This document shows positions 45,638 to 55,004 of a stretch of DNA of 59,851 nt, in pieces. Below the pieces are notes generated by a model, which saw nothing but the letters and a program-made list of their open reading frames with translations, was not told the origin of the DNA and ran no database searches. The DNA is from an uncultured Dehalococcoidales bacterium (GTDB taxonomy: Bacteria > Chloroflexota > Dehalococcoidia > Dehalococcoidales > W111): positions 1 through 59,851 of the forward strand of contig CAZNSC010000002.1 of assembly GCA_964575695.1 (NCBI GenBank). The letters are read 5' to 3'. The position numbers and the translations under genes are program-made. The first letter of the stretch is position 1; each line of letters starts with the position of its first letter.

Positions 45638-47248
45638 ATGAAAAGAATCGTATATACAGTCATTTCACTGGTATTGATAGGTGGCCTGCTGGCGTTATAC
45701 CTGCCCACCGCTATCTTCCAGCCGGTGCCGAAAGAAACGTCGACCCTTGCTGCTGAAGAAAAGGTTCTCAATCTGTATGGCACTGACCCGTTCACGCTTG
45801 ACCCGGCGGTATCCGGTGAAATGACGTCACATAACTATATCATGCAGCTATTTGGCGGGCTGGTTCGTATTGACGATAATCTGGAGCCAGTCCCCGATAT
45901 TGCCCAGAGGTGGCAGGTCAGTAATGACGGTAAGACATATACCTTTTATCTCCGAAATGATGTCAGTTTTCACGACGGACGGCAGGTTAAAGCCGGGGAC
46001 TTTAAGTACTCCTGGGAGCGGGCATGTGCTCCGGAGACTCGGTCGCTGACGGCGGCTACTTATCTGGGGGATATTGTCGGGGTGAAAGAGGTGCTGGCTG
46101 GTGAGAGTAAGGAGATAAGCGGCGTCAGGTTTATCGATGATTTTACCCTGGAGGTAACTACAGATGCCCCCAAGTCTTACTTCTTATCCAAGCTGACCTA
46201 TCCGACTGCTTTCGTGGTGGATAGAGCCAATGTGGAATCGGGGGGGGAGTGGTGGCGTCATCCCAATGGCACCGGCCCGTTCAAACTTCGGCAGTGGGAC
46301 GAGAATAGCCTGCTTCTTCTGGAGAGGAATGAGCATTACCACGGGGAAGTGGCTAAGGTTGACTTGATTGCCTTCCATCTGTGGGGTGGCGTGCCCATGA
46401 ATCTCTATGAGACCGGAGAGATTGATGTCGCCGGTGTCTCCTCTTACTATATAGACAGGGTTCAGGATAGGGCGGGCCCCTTCTATCAGGAGCTGGATAT
46501 AGTCCCCGAGCTGAGCTTTTACTACATCGGTTTCAACACTACTAGGCCGCCGTTTGATGATGCTAATATCCGCCGTGCCTTCTCCCAGGCTATTGATAAG
46601 GACAAGCTGGTTTCTCTGGTGTTCCGCGGAATGGTGCAGCGAGCCGACGGCATCCTGCCTCCAGGTATTCCCGGCTACAACGAGGGCTTGCACGGGCTGG
46701 AATTCAACATTGCCAGAGCGAAGGAACTGATTGCCAATTCCAGGTACGGTGATGTCTCAAAGTTGCCACCAATCACCGTTACCACCATGGGCTGGGGAGG
46801 TCTGATATCACCCGAGCTGGAGGCTATCGTTCATGAGTGGCGGCAGAACCTTGGCGTCGAAGTAAAGGTAAGGCAGTTGGAGCCGCAAAGGTTCCTCTAT
46901 CACCTTACTCAGGAGAAGGACGAGATGTTCTATCTTGGCTGGGTGGCCGACTACCCGCATCCCCAGGATTTCCTCGATGTCCTGTTCCATACCGGAGTCG
47001 ATAATAACCACGGCGAGTATAGTAACCCCGAGGTGGATAGTCTGCTGGAGAAGGCCGGTGTCGAGCAGGATAATGAGCTAAGTCTGGCATTATATCAGCA
47101 GGCGGAGCAAAAACTGGTTGATGACGCCGCCTGTCTGCCGCTATTGTTCGGGCAGAATTATATTCTGGTTGAGCCGTACGTCAAGGGTTACCACCTGAAC
47201 GGGATGGGCCTTGCCTGGTTAAACACTGTCTCCATTGAGTCTCATTAG
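45638..47248 (+). CDS. ABC-transporter substrate-binding protein, family 5 (peptide/nickel type); paralogue of 5480-7150
   Basis: 536 aa with an N-terminal signal anchor. It shares long identical stretches with the other SBP, for example YPTAFVVDRANVESG and HPNGTGPF.LRQW. Confidence 0.85.
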   Translation: MKRIVYTVISLVLIGGLLALYLPTAIFQPVPKETSTLAAEEKVLNLYGTDPFTLDPAVSGEMTSHNYIMQLFGGLVRIDDNLEPVPDIAQRWQVSNDGKTYTFYLRNDVSFHDGRQVKAGDFKYSWERACAPETRSLTAATYLGDIVGVKEVLAGESKEISGVRFIDDFTLEVTTDAPKSYFLSKLTYPTAFVVDRANVESGGEWWRHPNGTGPFKLRQWDENSLLLLERNEHYHGEVAKVDLIAFHLWGGVPMNLYETGEIDVAGVSSYYIDRVQDRAGPFYQELDIVPELSFYYIGFNTTRPPFDDANIRRAFSQAIDKDKLVSLVFRGMVQRADGILPPGIPGYNEGLHGLEFNIARAKELIANSRYGDVSKLPPITVTTMGWGGLISPELEAIVHEWRQNLGVEVKVRQLEPQRFLYHLTQEKDEMFYLGWVADYPHPQDFLDVLFHTGVDNNHGEYSNPEVDSLLEKAGVEQDNELSLALYQQAEQKLVDDAACLPLLFGQNYILVEPYVKGYHLNGMGLAWLNTVSIESH

Positions 47249-47251
47249 CGG

Positions 47252-47339
47252 CGGAGGGGGTGGGATTCGAACCCACGCTCCGCTCAACACGGAGACCGCT
47301 TTTCAAGAGCGGCACCATAAACCACTCGGACACCCCTCC
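47252..47339 (-). tRNA. tRNA-Ser (anticodon TGA), long variable arm, no encoded CCA
   Basis: Minus strand: GGAGGGG...CCGCT-CTTGAAA-AGCGG...variable arm TCTCCGTGTTGAGCGGAGC...GTGGG-TTCGAAT-CCCAC-CCCCTCC-G. Confidence 0.9.
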
Positions 47340-47448
47340 TGGCTAGTCCAGTATAGAAAATCGGGCTGGTGGCGTCAAACGGCTCAGCGCGCAAGGCAAG
47401 ATGACAACTTAGTCCGTTTCCAAATTAGCTTTGAAATTTTGTTAATAA

Positions 47449-47530
47449 GGGGGTTGAAGGGGCTTCGCCCCTTCAACAACTACATCTCCCACTCTCCTTT
47501 GAAGGAGAGGGGGACTAAGGGGGTGAGGTT
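47449..47530. repeat. Hairpin-repeat cluster 10 (a B module plus an A module in + orientation); it supplies the last codons and the stop of the Mo-enzyme gene
   Basis: GTTGAAGGGGCTTCGCCCCTTCAAC ... CTCTCCTTTGAAGGAGAGGGGGACTAAGGGGGTGAGG. The CDS on the minus strand ends ...KTSPP-TAG inside it. Confidence 0.85.
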
Positions 47531-49578
47531 TTAGCCCTTTTTATCCGGCAGGGCAGGGCTTTGAGCTGCGTGTACCCCGTAATCGGGTCACGGAGCTCCA
47601 GCTCGGTCAGCGCATTGACATTAGCCTGAGACCAGCCGTGGGGGGTGCTGACTACCCCAGGTGCCAGGTCTTCAGTTGTCCTGACTCTCATTCTTATTTC
47701 GCCCTTCCTTGTTGCTATCGCCGCCATGTCGCCATCAGCAATGCCGTATTCTTGGGCGGTGGCGGGGTGAATTTCGGCTAGCGGTTCCGGGACTGCCTCC
47801 CGCAGTGCCAGCACATTTCTGAACTGGGTGTGGGTATATCCCAGAATCCGGGTGCCGGTAATCAGGATCAAAGGATACTCCGTATGCAGGCTACCGACCT
47901 TTCCGAAGCTCGGCTCGATATACACCGGCAGCGGGTCGTATCCATGGTCGGCTAATGTCTGTGAGTAAAGCTCGATTTTCCTTGACGGGGTCCGGAACTC
48001 ACCCTTGCGGCACAGGTCATATTTCTTCCCGGTAAAGAAGGTGCCCTCGGGGTTTTGCTCTCTTAGCTGCTCAGCAGTTAGCCCGGTAGGCTTTAGCCAG
48101 TGTCCCACGACCTCATCATCGGTCTGCCACGGGAAGAGGTCTTCATATCCCATCCGTCTCCCCAGCCCGCACCAGAACTTCCAGTCAGGCCAGCATTCCC
48201 ACAGTGGCTCGATTACCTTCTTACGGAGCAGGAGGTAGGGTAGGCCGCTTGTTACCGCATAAATATAGCCGACCCCACTGCGCTCCATAAACGAGCAGGC
48301 GGGGAGCACGATGTCCGCCATCTGTGCGGTCTCGGTCATAAACAGGTCAATAACCACCAGAAGCTCCAGCTTCTCCATTGCCTGCTTCATGCGGTTGGCA
48401 TCAGGGAGGGTGACTGCCGGGTTACCGCCGGTGACAATCAGGGCTTTGATAGGGTATGGCTTCTCCTCAAGTATGGCGTCCGCCAGATACATTGCCTGAC
48501 CATAGGGGGATTGTCTGCCCCAGAGCTGGTAGAACAACGGGTGCTCGGCAACGCCGATAGGGTCTTCATCTACCTTGATGTGGAGGCTACCCAGGCGGGG
48601 GAAGGAGACGGCAGACCATCCCCCGGGCACATCAACATTCCCGGTAACTGCTTGTAGGATGGCAATGGCGCGGTTGGTCTGCAAGCCGTTCACCTGCTGG
48701 TCGAGGGCACAGACACCCTGGACGATGGACGCCGGCTTGGCGGCGGCAAATATCCGGGCAATCCTTCTTATATCGTCGGCAGGCACCCGGGTTATACTCT
48801 CCACCTTCTCTGGAGAGTATTGCTTGACATGCTCGGCGAGCTTATCGAAGCCAGTAGTGTACCTGGCCATGAATTGTTTATCGTAGAGGTCTTCAGAGAT
48901 GATAACATTGAGCATACTCAGAGCCAGGGCACAATCGGTGCCCGGTCTTATCGGGATATGTATCCCCCTTTTTGCCAGTGGTGTCCGCCTGGGGTTGATG
49001 ACGATTAGCTCCAGCCCCTCGTCCAGGGCTTTATAGAGCTTGCTGGCCAGTGGCAGCTTTGAGTTATCCGGGTCGTGCCCCCAGAGTATGGCGCACTTCG
49101 CCCTTTCCGGCTCCTCCAGAAGGAAGGTGCCGAAGGTTAGCTGGTGGGCAAGGATGCGGGAGCGGTAGCAGTTGCTCTCCACGGACAGGAAGTTGGGCGT
49201 GCCGTAGGCGCCGCGAAAGCGGCGGGCGAACGCCGCCAGTTCGTTATTTTCGACACCGATTGAGCCGCAGAAGATGGCCAGGGCATGGGCGCCGTATTCG
49301 TCCTTGATTTGCTGTAGCTTACCGGCTATGGTATCCAGGGCTTCGTCCCATGAGATTCTCTCCCAGCCGCTGTTTATCTTCTTTATCGGGTATTTCAGGC
49401 GGTCTGGTGAATAGATGTAGTCCACTAGGTGCTCACCCCTGGGGCATAGGACCCCCTGATTTAAGGGGTGCTCGGCCATCCCCTCCACCCTGACCAGCCG
49501 CCCGTCCTCAACGTGGGCATTGATGCCGCAGCCCCAGACACACAATATGCAATCGGTCTTAATGACTTTCTTATCCAT
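47515..49578 (-). CDS. Molybdopterin (bis-MGD) oxidoreductase, DMSO-reductase superfamily, apparently cytoplasmic and stand-alone
   Basis: It has an N-terminal 4Fe-4S motif (C-x2-C-x3-C: DCILCVWGCG...C) and a long MopB body. A Cys candidate Mo ligand lies in GTPNFLSVESNCYRS. There is no twin-arginine signal. I place the start at the ATG at 49578; the ORF track gives 49596. Confidence 0.85.
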   Translation of the reverse strand: MDKKVIKTDCILCVWGCGINAHVEDGRLVRVEGMAEHPLNQGVLCPRGEHLVDYIYSPDRLKYPIKKINSGWERISWDEALDTIAGKLQQIKDEYGAHALAIFCGSIGVENNELAAFARRFRGAYGTPNFLSVESNCYRSRILAHQLTFGTFLLEEPERAKCAILWGHDPDNSKLPLASKLYKALDEGLELIVINPRRTPLAKRGIHIPIRPGTDCALALSMLNVIISEDLYDKQFMARYTTGFDKLAEHVKQYSPEKVESITRVPADDIRRIARIFAAAKPASIVQGVCALDQQVNGLQTNRAIAILQAVTGNVDVPGGWSAVSFPRLGSLHIKVDEDPIGVAEHPLFYQLWGRQSPYGQAMYLADAILEEKPYPIKALIVTGGNPAVTLPDANRMKQAMEKLELLVVIDLFMTETAQMADIVLPACSFMERSGVGYIYAVTSGLPYLLLRKKVIEPLWECWPDWKFWCGLGRRMGYEDLFPWQTDDEVVGHWLKPTGLTAEQLREQNPEGTFFTGKKYDLCRKGEFRTPSRKIELYSQTLADHGYDPLPVYIEPSFGKVGSLHTEYPLILITGTRILGYTHTQFRNVLALREAVPEPLAEIHPATAQEYGIADGDMAAIATRKGEIRMRVRTTEDLAPGVVSTPHGWSQANVNALTELELRDPITGYTQLKALPCRIKRAKTSPP

Positions 49579-49586
49579 ACACCACA

Positions 49587-49616
49587 ATTGTAGCATTTGC
49601 CGAGACTGATTCTCAA
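49587..49616 (-). promoter_or_regulatory. Candidate promoter for the Mo-oxidoreductase gene (TTGAGA-18 nt-TGcTACAAT), 8 nt upstream of the ATG
   Basis: Minus-strand TTGAGA (49611-49616) and TACAAT (49587-49592). The ATG is at 49578. Confidence 0.4.
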
Positions 49617-49630
49617 AGCTAGTGGGGGTT

Positions 49631-49950
49631 CTACCTCACCCCCTGTGGTTCCTCCCCTCGGTTCCCCTCCTTTTGAAATCCATCCCCCTGGCCCCCTTCC
49701 TTTCAAGAAGAAGGGGAGAGGTTTTGGGAAGAGGGGCTGGCGCCCCTCTTAAACACCCCGCTTTGGGGGGAGTATAAATCTCTCTCGGTCTCCCTTTAAT
49801 AAAGGGAGACGGCCCATCTTGCAGGTCTCTGTCTCCCCCTTTGAAAAAGGGGGACTAAGGGGGATTTTAAGGGAGAAAAAGAAAGAAGGGCGAAGCCCCT
49901 CTTAATATAAATTTTACCCTTACCTTCACCAATCCCCAAGGGAAGGAGGT
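49631..49950. repeat. Hairpin-repeat cluster 11 (about 320 bp, multiple A/B modules and degenerate copies)
   Basis: CTACCTCACCCCCTGTGG...; GGAAGAGGGGCTGGCGCCCCTCTTAA; TCTCCCCCTTTGAAAAAGGGGGACTAAGGGGGAT; AGAAGGGCGAAGCCCCTCTTAA. Confidence 0.8.
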
Positions 49951-50046
49951 CAGTGAGATAGGCGCAGGGATAAGCTGAGGACACTACGAGGGCGGGTGGG
50001 TGGGAAAGAAGACATCCAAGGGGTAGGGTTCGGGCTGGAGCTATAT

Positions 50047-51294
50047 CTACTTAATTACCTTCTTACCCACATAGGGTTGTAGCACGTCGGGGACTAAAAT
50101 AGTGCCGTCAGCTTGCTGGTAGTTCTCTAAAATGGCGATGACCACTCGCGGCAAAGCCAGCCCCGACCCATTCAAAGTGTGGACAAACTGGGGTCGACTT
50201 TCCGGGGAGGGGCGGTAGCGGATGTTGGCCCGCCTCGCCTGAAAATCACCGCAGTTGGAGCAGGAGCTTACCTCCAGCCATTCCCCACAGCCGGGAGCCC
50301 ACATCTCAATGTCGTAGGACTTGGTTGAGGCGAAGCCCAAGTCGGCGGTGCAGAGCTGCTTTATCCGGTAGGGAAGCCCCAGCCTCTGAGAGACCTCTTC
50401 AGCATCGCTGACCATTTTTTCCAGCTCTTCGTCTGAGGCGGCGGGCTCGGTGAATTTGTATAGCTCTACCTTGTCAAACTGGTGCCCCCGCTTTATGCCC
50501 CGCGTGTCCTTCCCCGCCGACATCTTCTCCCGGCGGAAGCAGGCGGTGTAGGCGACATAATAGATGGGCAGGATTCCCGGCGACATGATTTCATCACGGT
50601 GGAGGTTGGTGAGGGGCACCTCAGCCGTAGGCACAAACCAGAAGTCGTCCTCTTCATCATGGTACAGGTTATCGGCAAACTTGGGCAGATTACCCGAGCC
50701 GACCATGCACTCCCGCTTGACCATAAATGGCGGGTATATCTCCTGATATCCGTGCTCCGCAGTGTGCAGGTCGAGCATGAAGGAGATAAGGGCTCTCTCC
50801 AGCCGGGCACCCAAACCCTTGAGCACATAGAAGCGGCTGCCGGATAGCTTCACTCCCCGCTCAAAATCAATGATGCCCAGAGATTCCCCCAGCTTCCAGT
50901 GGGGGGCGGGCTCGAAGTCAAACTTTTTGGCCTCCCCCCAGGAGCGCAGCACGACATTATCATCCTCGCTCGTCCCTACGGGCACGGCCGGGCTGGGGAT
51001 ATTGGGCACCTGCAATAGCAATGCCTCCAGTTGCTCATCCAGGCTTCTGACCTCTTCCTCTAGGGCTCTTATCTTCTCACGCAGCAGGCGCCCCTGTTCT
51101 ATGGTCTCCTTACCCATTTTCCTTTCCCGCCCCGCCTCTTTTCGGACGTGGCGGAAACCCTCCAGTTCCAGCACCTTCTGGCGCCGTTCCTGGTCAAGGT
51201 CTAAGATTTTATCAAGGGGTGCCGTATCGTGGCGGTTGGCTATTGCCTGCCGCACCGGCTCTATATTTTCCCGGATAAACTTCAGGTCAAGCAT
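50047..51294 (-). CDS. serS: Seryl-tRNA synthetase
   Basis: 415 aa. It has an N-terminal coiled coil ([10 protein letters not shown]) and class II motifs (FRRE..., GSGLALPR). Confidence 0.96.
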   Translation of the reverse strand: MLDLKFIRENIEPVRQAIANRHDTAPLDKILDLDQERRQKVLELEGFRHVRKEAGRERKMGKETIEQGRLLREKIRALEEEVRSLDEQLEALLLQVPNIPSPAVPVGTSEDDNVVLRSWGEAKKFDFEPAPHWKLGESLGIIDFERGVKLSGSRFYVLKGLGARLERALISFMLDLHTAEHGYQEIYPPFMVKRECMVGSGNLPKFADNLYHDEEDDFWFVPTAEVPLTNLHRDEIMSPGILPIYYVAYTACFRREKMSAGKDTRGIKRGHQFDKVELYKFTEPAASDEELEKMVSDAEEVSQRLGLPYRIKQLCTADLGFASTKSYDIEMWAPGCGEWLEVSSCSNCGDFQARRANIRYRPSPESRPQFVHTLNGSGLALPRVVIAILENYQQADGTILVPDVLQPYVGKKVIK

Positions 51295-51302
51295 AATTTT
51301 TC

Positions 51303-51415
51303 TACCTCACCCCCTGTGTCCCCCTCTCCTTCAAAGGAGAGGGAGAAGGGTTCTATAAGAGGGACTTCGTCCCTCTAAAACTTCCTAAAATATCTGGGGC
51401 TTCGCCTCTCTTTGA
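51303..51415. repeat. Hairpin-repeat cluster 12 (an A module plus two B modules), immediately upstream of serS
   Basis: CTACCTCACCCCCTGTGTCCCCCTCTCCTTCAAAGGAGAGGGAG; TAAGAGGGACTTCGTCCCTCTAA. Confidence 0.85.
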
Positions 51416-51445
51416 CTCTCCTCCACAAGTCGGGGTATCAATTCC

Positions 51446-52957
51446 TCATCGCTCTCCGCCTGTTTGCTTAACCTCCGCGGCTTTTTCCCTCAGTTGCGGG
51501 AAGAGGATTACCTCTCGGATTGACTGCTGGTTGGTGAGCAACATCACCAGGCGGTCAATGCCCACGCCCAGCCCGCCGGTAGGCGGCATGCCATACTCCA
51601 GCGCCAGCAGATAGTCCTCGTCAATCGTCCATCTCTCCTCATCGGCCCCCTGGCGTTCCTTTAGCTGCTCTTCAAAGCGCTTCCTTTGCTCAATGGGGTC
51701 ATTGAGTTCGGTGTAGGCGTTGGCAATCTCCAGCCCGCCGGCGATGGCCTGAAAGCGCTCTACCACCCGTTCTTCGTCCGTCTTGTTCTTGGCCAGCGGT
51801 GACATCGAGACGGGGTAGTCAAAGACAATGGTGGGCTGTATTAGACTGGGTCTGACGAAGGTCTTGAGAAGCTCGTCAACGAGCTTCGCCCAGTTCTTCT
51901 GCGGGTCAGCCTCAATATTCATCGAGCGCATCTTTTCCCGCAGCCCGTCGGCCGTGGGATATTTGACGAAGTCAATGCCGCTATATTCCCTGACGGCGTC
52001 ACGCAGGCTGAGGCGTTGCCAGGGCAGCTTGAAGTCTATGGTGTCCTCGCCGAACTCGATCTGCTCTGTGCCCAGGACCTGCTGGCTGACTTCGAACACC
52101 ATCTCCTCAAGCATATTCATGACATCATTATAGTCGGCATAGGCTTCGTAGGTCTCCAGCATGGTGAACTCGGGGTGGTGCTGGGTGGAAACCCCTTCAT
52201 TGCGGAAGATGCGACCCAGCTCATATACCTTGTCGAAGCCACCCACAATCAGACGCTTGAGGTGCAGCTCAAGGGCAATGCGCAGGTAAAAGTCGTGGTC
52301 AAGTGCCTGGTGGTGGGTGGTAAATGGGCTGGCCAGAGCGCCCCCGGCAGATGGTTGCAGGACTGGCGTCTCCACCTCTAGAAACCCTCGCTGATTGAGG
52401 AACTGGCGTATGGCAGTTATAATCTGGCTGCGCACCTGGAAAACTTTCTTGGCTTCGGGATTGCTGATCAAGTCCAGATAGCGCTGGCGGTAACGCGTGT
52501 CAACGTCGCTGAGCCCGTGCCATTTTTCAGGCAGGGGCTGAAGCGACTTGGCCAGCAGAGTAAAATCTCCTACCCGAACGGTAGGTTCACCGCTTTGTGT
52601 CCGAAGCACATTACCTCTGACTCCGATAATATCACCGATATCCACGTCTTTAAACAGCTCACGGAGTTCTTCATCAAATCGGGGTATGTCTTGGAATAAT
52701 AGCTGGATCTTCCCGGAGCCGTCGCGGATGTCAACAAAGGCGCTCTTGCCCATTCGTCTTATCGCTGTAACCCGCCCGGCGACACTGACTTCCTCATCCC
52801 CGGTCAAGCCGTCTTCCTTCTGCTTGAGGAGGGCTGCGGCTTGCTGTGTGGTGTGGCTGCGATGATAGCGATGCGGGTAGGGCTCAATGCCCCGGGCACG
52901 GATTCGGGCAAGCTTTTGCCGGCGCTGCTCAGTGATGCGGTCTAATCTGGATGCCAT
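51446..52957 (-). CDS. lysS: Lysyl-tRNA synthetase (class II)
   Basis: It has an OB-fold N-domain and a class II catalytic core (FRNEG, GGLGVGIDRLVM). The ATG at 52957 (MASRLDRITEQRRQKL) is preceded by AGGA. The ORF track's TTG start is at 52987. Confidence 0.95.
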   Translation of the reverse strand: MASRLDRITEQRRQKLARIRARGIEPYPHRYHRSHTTQQAAALLKQKEDGLTGDEEVSVAGRVTAIRRMGKSAFVDIRDGSGKIQLLFQDIPRFDEELRELFKDVDIGDIIGVRGNVLRTQSGEPTVRVGDFTLLAKSLQPLPEKWHGLSDVDTRYRQRYLDLISNPEAKKVFQVRSQIITAIRQFLNQRGFLEVETPVLQPSAGGALASPFTTHHQALDHDFYLRIALELHLKRLIVGGFDKVYELGRIFRNEGVSTQHHPEFTMLETYEAYADYNDVMNMLEEMVFEVSQQVLGTEQIEFGEDTIDFKLPWQRLSLRDAVREYSGIDFVKYPTADGLREKMRSMNIEADPQKNWAKLVDELLKTFVRPSLIQPTIVFDYPVSMSPLAKNKTDEERVVERFQAIAGGLEIANAYTELNDPIEQRKRFEEQLKERQGADEERWTIDEDYLLALEYGMPPTGGLGVGIDRLVMLLTNQQSIREVILFPQLREKAAEVKQTGGER

Positions 52958-53036
52958 CTCTGTCCTGTTTCCATGTGATTTAGCCAAAAGACTGAAAGCC
53001 TCTCACCCTTCAGTCGTAAATTGTCTGCTTTGGTTA

Positions 53037-53849
53037 TTATATGGCATCTTTGTCCGGTAGTAAACTGATTCGGTCAGGTGGCGTCTTCTCAATCTGCCCA
53101 CGCAGACTGTCCATCCAGACGGCTGACTTTAGCTCCCGTTCAAGAAGGTATTTCAGATAATTTCTCATCACTCCTTCCATCTCCCGGGATAGCTCCGGGA
53201 TCAACCTCAGCCGGCTGGCTGTGCCATAATCGCTATTCTGCAAAAGTCGCAGCACCTTCAACCCATTAACCGAGAGGGGGTAGGTCAACGATAGGCTCTG
53301 GCCGCAGTCGGGGCACAGCACACCACCGGCGCTGGGGCAGAATGAGTTGGTGATTGGCTTGAGGGTTGAGTGGCAGGAGACACACCGCTGAAGCTGGGGT
53401 CGGTAGCCAGCTTCATCAAGGAGGTGAAGTTCAAAGTAACGCAGCGCCAGCCCGTTGTCACCACCCTGGCACAGGCGGTGCATTAGCTCCAGGAGTAACT
53501 GGAACAACGGGTGATCTTCGACCTGGTCGGCGGTAAACTGGTCAACCAGCTCGGTGGCATAGAGACCACAGGAGGTAAGCCATAGTGCACTCTTTAAGGG
53601 CAGGAAGCTGTTGATGGTCTGACTCCCGGTTATGGTGTCCAGATTCCGTCCCCGAGCCAGCGAAACCAGGCTGTGGGTGAGCAGTTCCAGGTGCCCGGCG
53701 AGCTTGCTTCTGGGGCGCCTTACCCCCTTGGCGACGGCTCTGATCTTGCCCAGGTGCGGGGTATAGAGGGTAAGGATTCTATCCGCCTCCCCGAGCTTAA
53801 TCTTCTTGATAATAATGGCTTCTGTCTGATAGGTTCGTGGCTTGGACAT
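53037..53849 (-). CDS. recO: DNA repair protein RecO
   Basis: 270 aa. It has an OB-fold N-terminus (EAIIIKKIKLGEADRILTLYT...GKIRAVAKG) and a Zn-finger (C-x2-C...C-x2-C: CVSCHS...CPDCG). Confidence 0.9.
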   Translation of the reverse strand: MSKPRTYQTEAIIIKKIKLGEADRILTLYTPHLGKIRAVAKGVRRPRSKLAGHLELLTHSLVSLARGRNLDTITGSQTINSFLPLKSALWLTSCGLYATELVDQFTADQVEDHPLFQLLLELMHRLCQGGDNGLALRYFELHLLDEAGYRPQLQRCVSCHSTLKPITNSFCPSAGGVLCPDCGQSLSLTYPLSVNGLKVLRLLQNSDYGTASRLRLIPELSREMEGVMRNYLKYLLERELKSAVWMDSLRGQIEKTPPDRISLLPDKDAI

Positions 53850-53853
53850 GTTT

Positions 53854-54951
53854 CTAATAGACCTGCCTCACCCCCTGAAGTCTTTTCACTGCATCGCGGG
53901 CAATTGCCGGGTTTATTTCGAAACCCGTGCCGTTCCGTCCCAGGTCTATCGCTGCCTTCAGCATCGTCCCCGAGCCCAGGAATGGGTCAAGCACTGTTTC
54001 ACCCACATAACTGTATGCCTTAATCAACTTGTAAGGTAATTCGTAAGGGAAGGGGGCGACATGGTTTCTGCTGTCACCGCTCCCCGCAGGCTTCATCAGC
54101 CAGACATCGCTGTTCTTTATGGAAAGCCAGAAGTCCTTATCCAGCCGGGACTGCTCTTTCTGCTCCTTTGTGAGGTGCTGGTATTTCTTGACCCCTTTAG
54201 AAGAAGGCTTCTCAAACTCCAGGATGAACTCGTGCATGTTATTTATCAGAATGCCGCCGGGGTAAGGATAGGTGCCAAAATGGGCTCTTACGGCATTGGT
54301 CTTGTGCCAGACAATGTCCCTTTTGAAAATAAACCCGATTCTTTCGCATACATCTATTGTTCTGCCCATTAGATTCAGCGACCTGAACCCTTCCCCACCT
54401 CTTAGGGGCAAGTTCATAATATTGATAAAGGCTTTTCTCCCCGGCTGCAATACCCGATAAACTTCACGCCATACTTTTGAAATTTCATCAAACCACTCAT
54501 CCAGGTCATGGATATTCCCCAAGTCGCTTTCTACTGGCCTATCGGAATACATCTTGGCATTGTAATAGGGCGGTGAGGTTATCATTAAGTGGACTGAGCT
54601 ATCAGCGACCTCAAGCATATCTTGGGCGTTCTTGACGTAGACCTTTTGCGTGGTATTGTTTATCTCGATGATATTCTCTTGTGGTATGTCGATTTTATCT
54701 TGCTGTAAAGTTGGTTCTTCTGGCCTATGCCTCTCTAGATCATCAATACTGAAGCGCTGCTGACCGCTGGCGGCGATGGCTGCTTTGAGCTGGTTCTTTT
54801 TTACCAGGCTGTGGATGGTGGACACAGTAGTACCGAGAAATCTCGCGGCTTCAACCGCCGATAGATAACTTCTATCCTGATAGCCGCTGGTGTCACCTGA
54901 TTTTGCCTTACCTGGTTGTTCTGTCACATTGGCAAGACCCCGTTTATTCAA
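53854..54951 (-). CDS. Beta-class DNA methyltransferase (SPPY catalytic motif; N4-cytosine or N6-adenine) with an N-terminal excisionase/MerR-type HTH; no cognate nuclease seen
   Basis: 365 aa. The HTH is LSAVEAARFLGTTVSTIHSLVKKNQL. Motif IV (ITSPPYYN) precedes motif I (VLDPFLGSGT), which is the beta-class permutation. The start is TTG. Sampled lines gave 43-50% G+C. Confidence 0.85.
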   Translation of the reverse strand: MNKRGLANVTEQPGKAKSGDTSGYQDRSYLSAVEAARFLGTTVSTIHSLVKKNQLKAAIAASGQQRFSIDDLERHRPEEPTLQQDKIDIPQENIIEINNTTQKVYVKNAQDMLEVADSSVHLMITSPPYYNAKMYSDRPVESDLGNIHDLDEWFDEISKVWREVYRVLQPGRKAFINIMNLPLRGGEGFRSLNLMGRTIDVCERIGFIFKRDIVWHKTNAVRAHFGTYPYPGGILINNMHEFILEFEKPSSKGVKKYQHLTKEQKEQSRLDKDFWLSIKNSDVWLMKPAGSGDSRNHVAPFPYELPYKLIKAYSYVGETVLDPFLGSGTMLKAAIDLGRNGTGFEINPAIARDAVKRLQGVRQVY

Positions 54952-54963
54952 GGTCGTTTAGTG

Positions 54964-54995
54964 ACCTCACCCCCTGTGCCCCCCCTCTTACTTTC
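54964..54995. repeat. Partial A-module repeat (CCTCACCCCCTGTGCCCCCCCTCTTAC) upstream of the methyltransferase gene
   Basis: Read directly. Confidence 0.7.
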
Positions 54996-55004
54996 CTCAA
55001 AAAC

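Noticed and set aside
2180-46705. Depletion of GAATTC in the host DNA was considered as evidence for the specificity of the EcoRI-like system.
   Set aside because: By eye I find about eight GAATTC sites (for example 2180, 3916, 13476 and 16163), against a rough expectation of about 11. That is not a meaningful depletion from one 60-kb window.
47515-49578. A selenocysteine (in-frame TGA) in the molybdoenzyme was considered.
   Set aside because: The ORF is uninterrupted, and a Cys occupies the expected ligand segment. No SECIS-like hairpin is needed.
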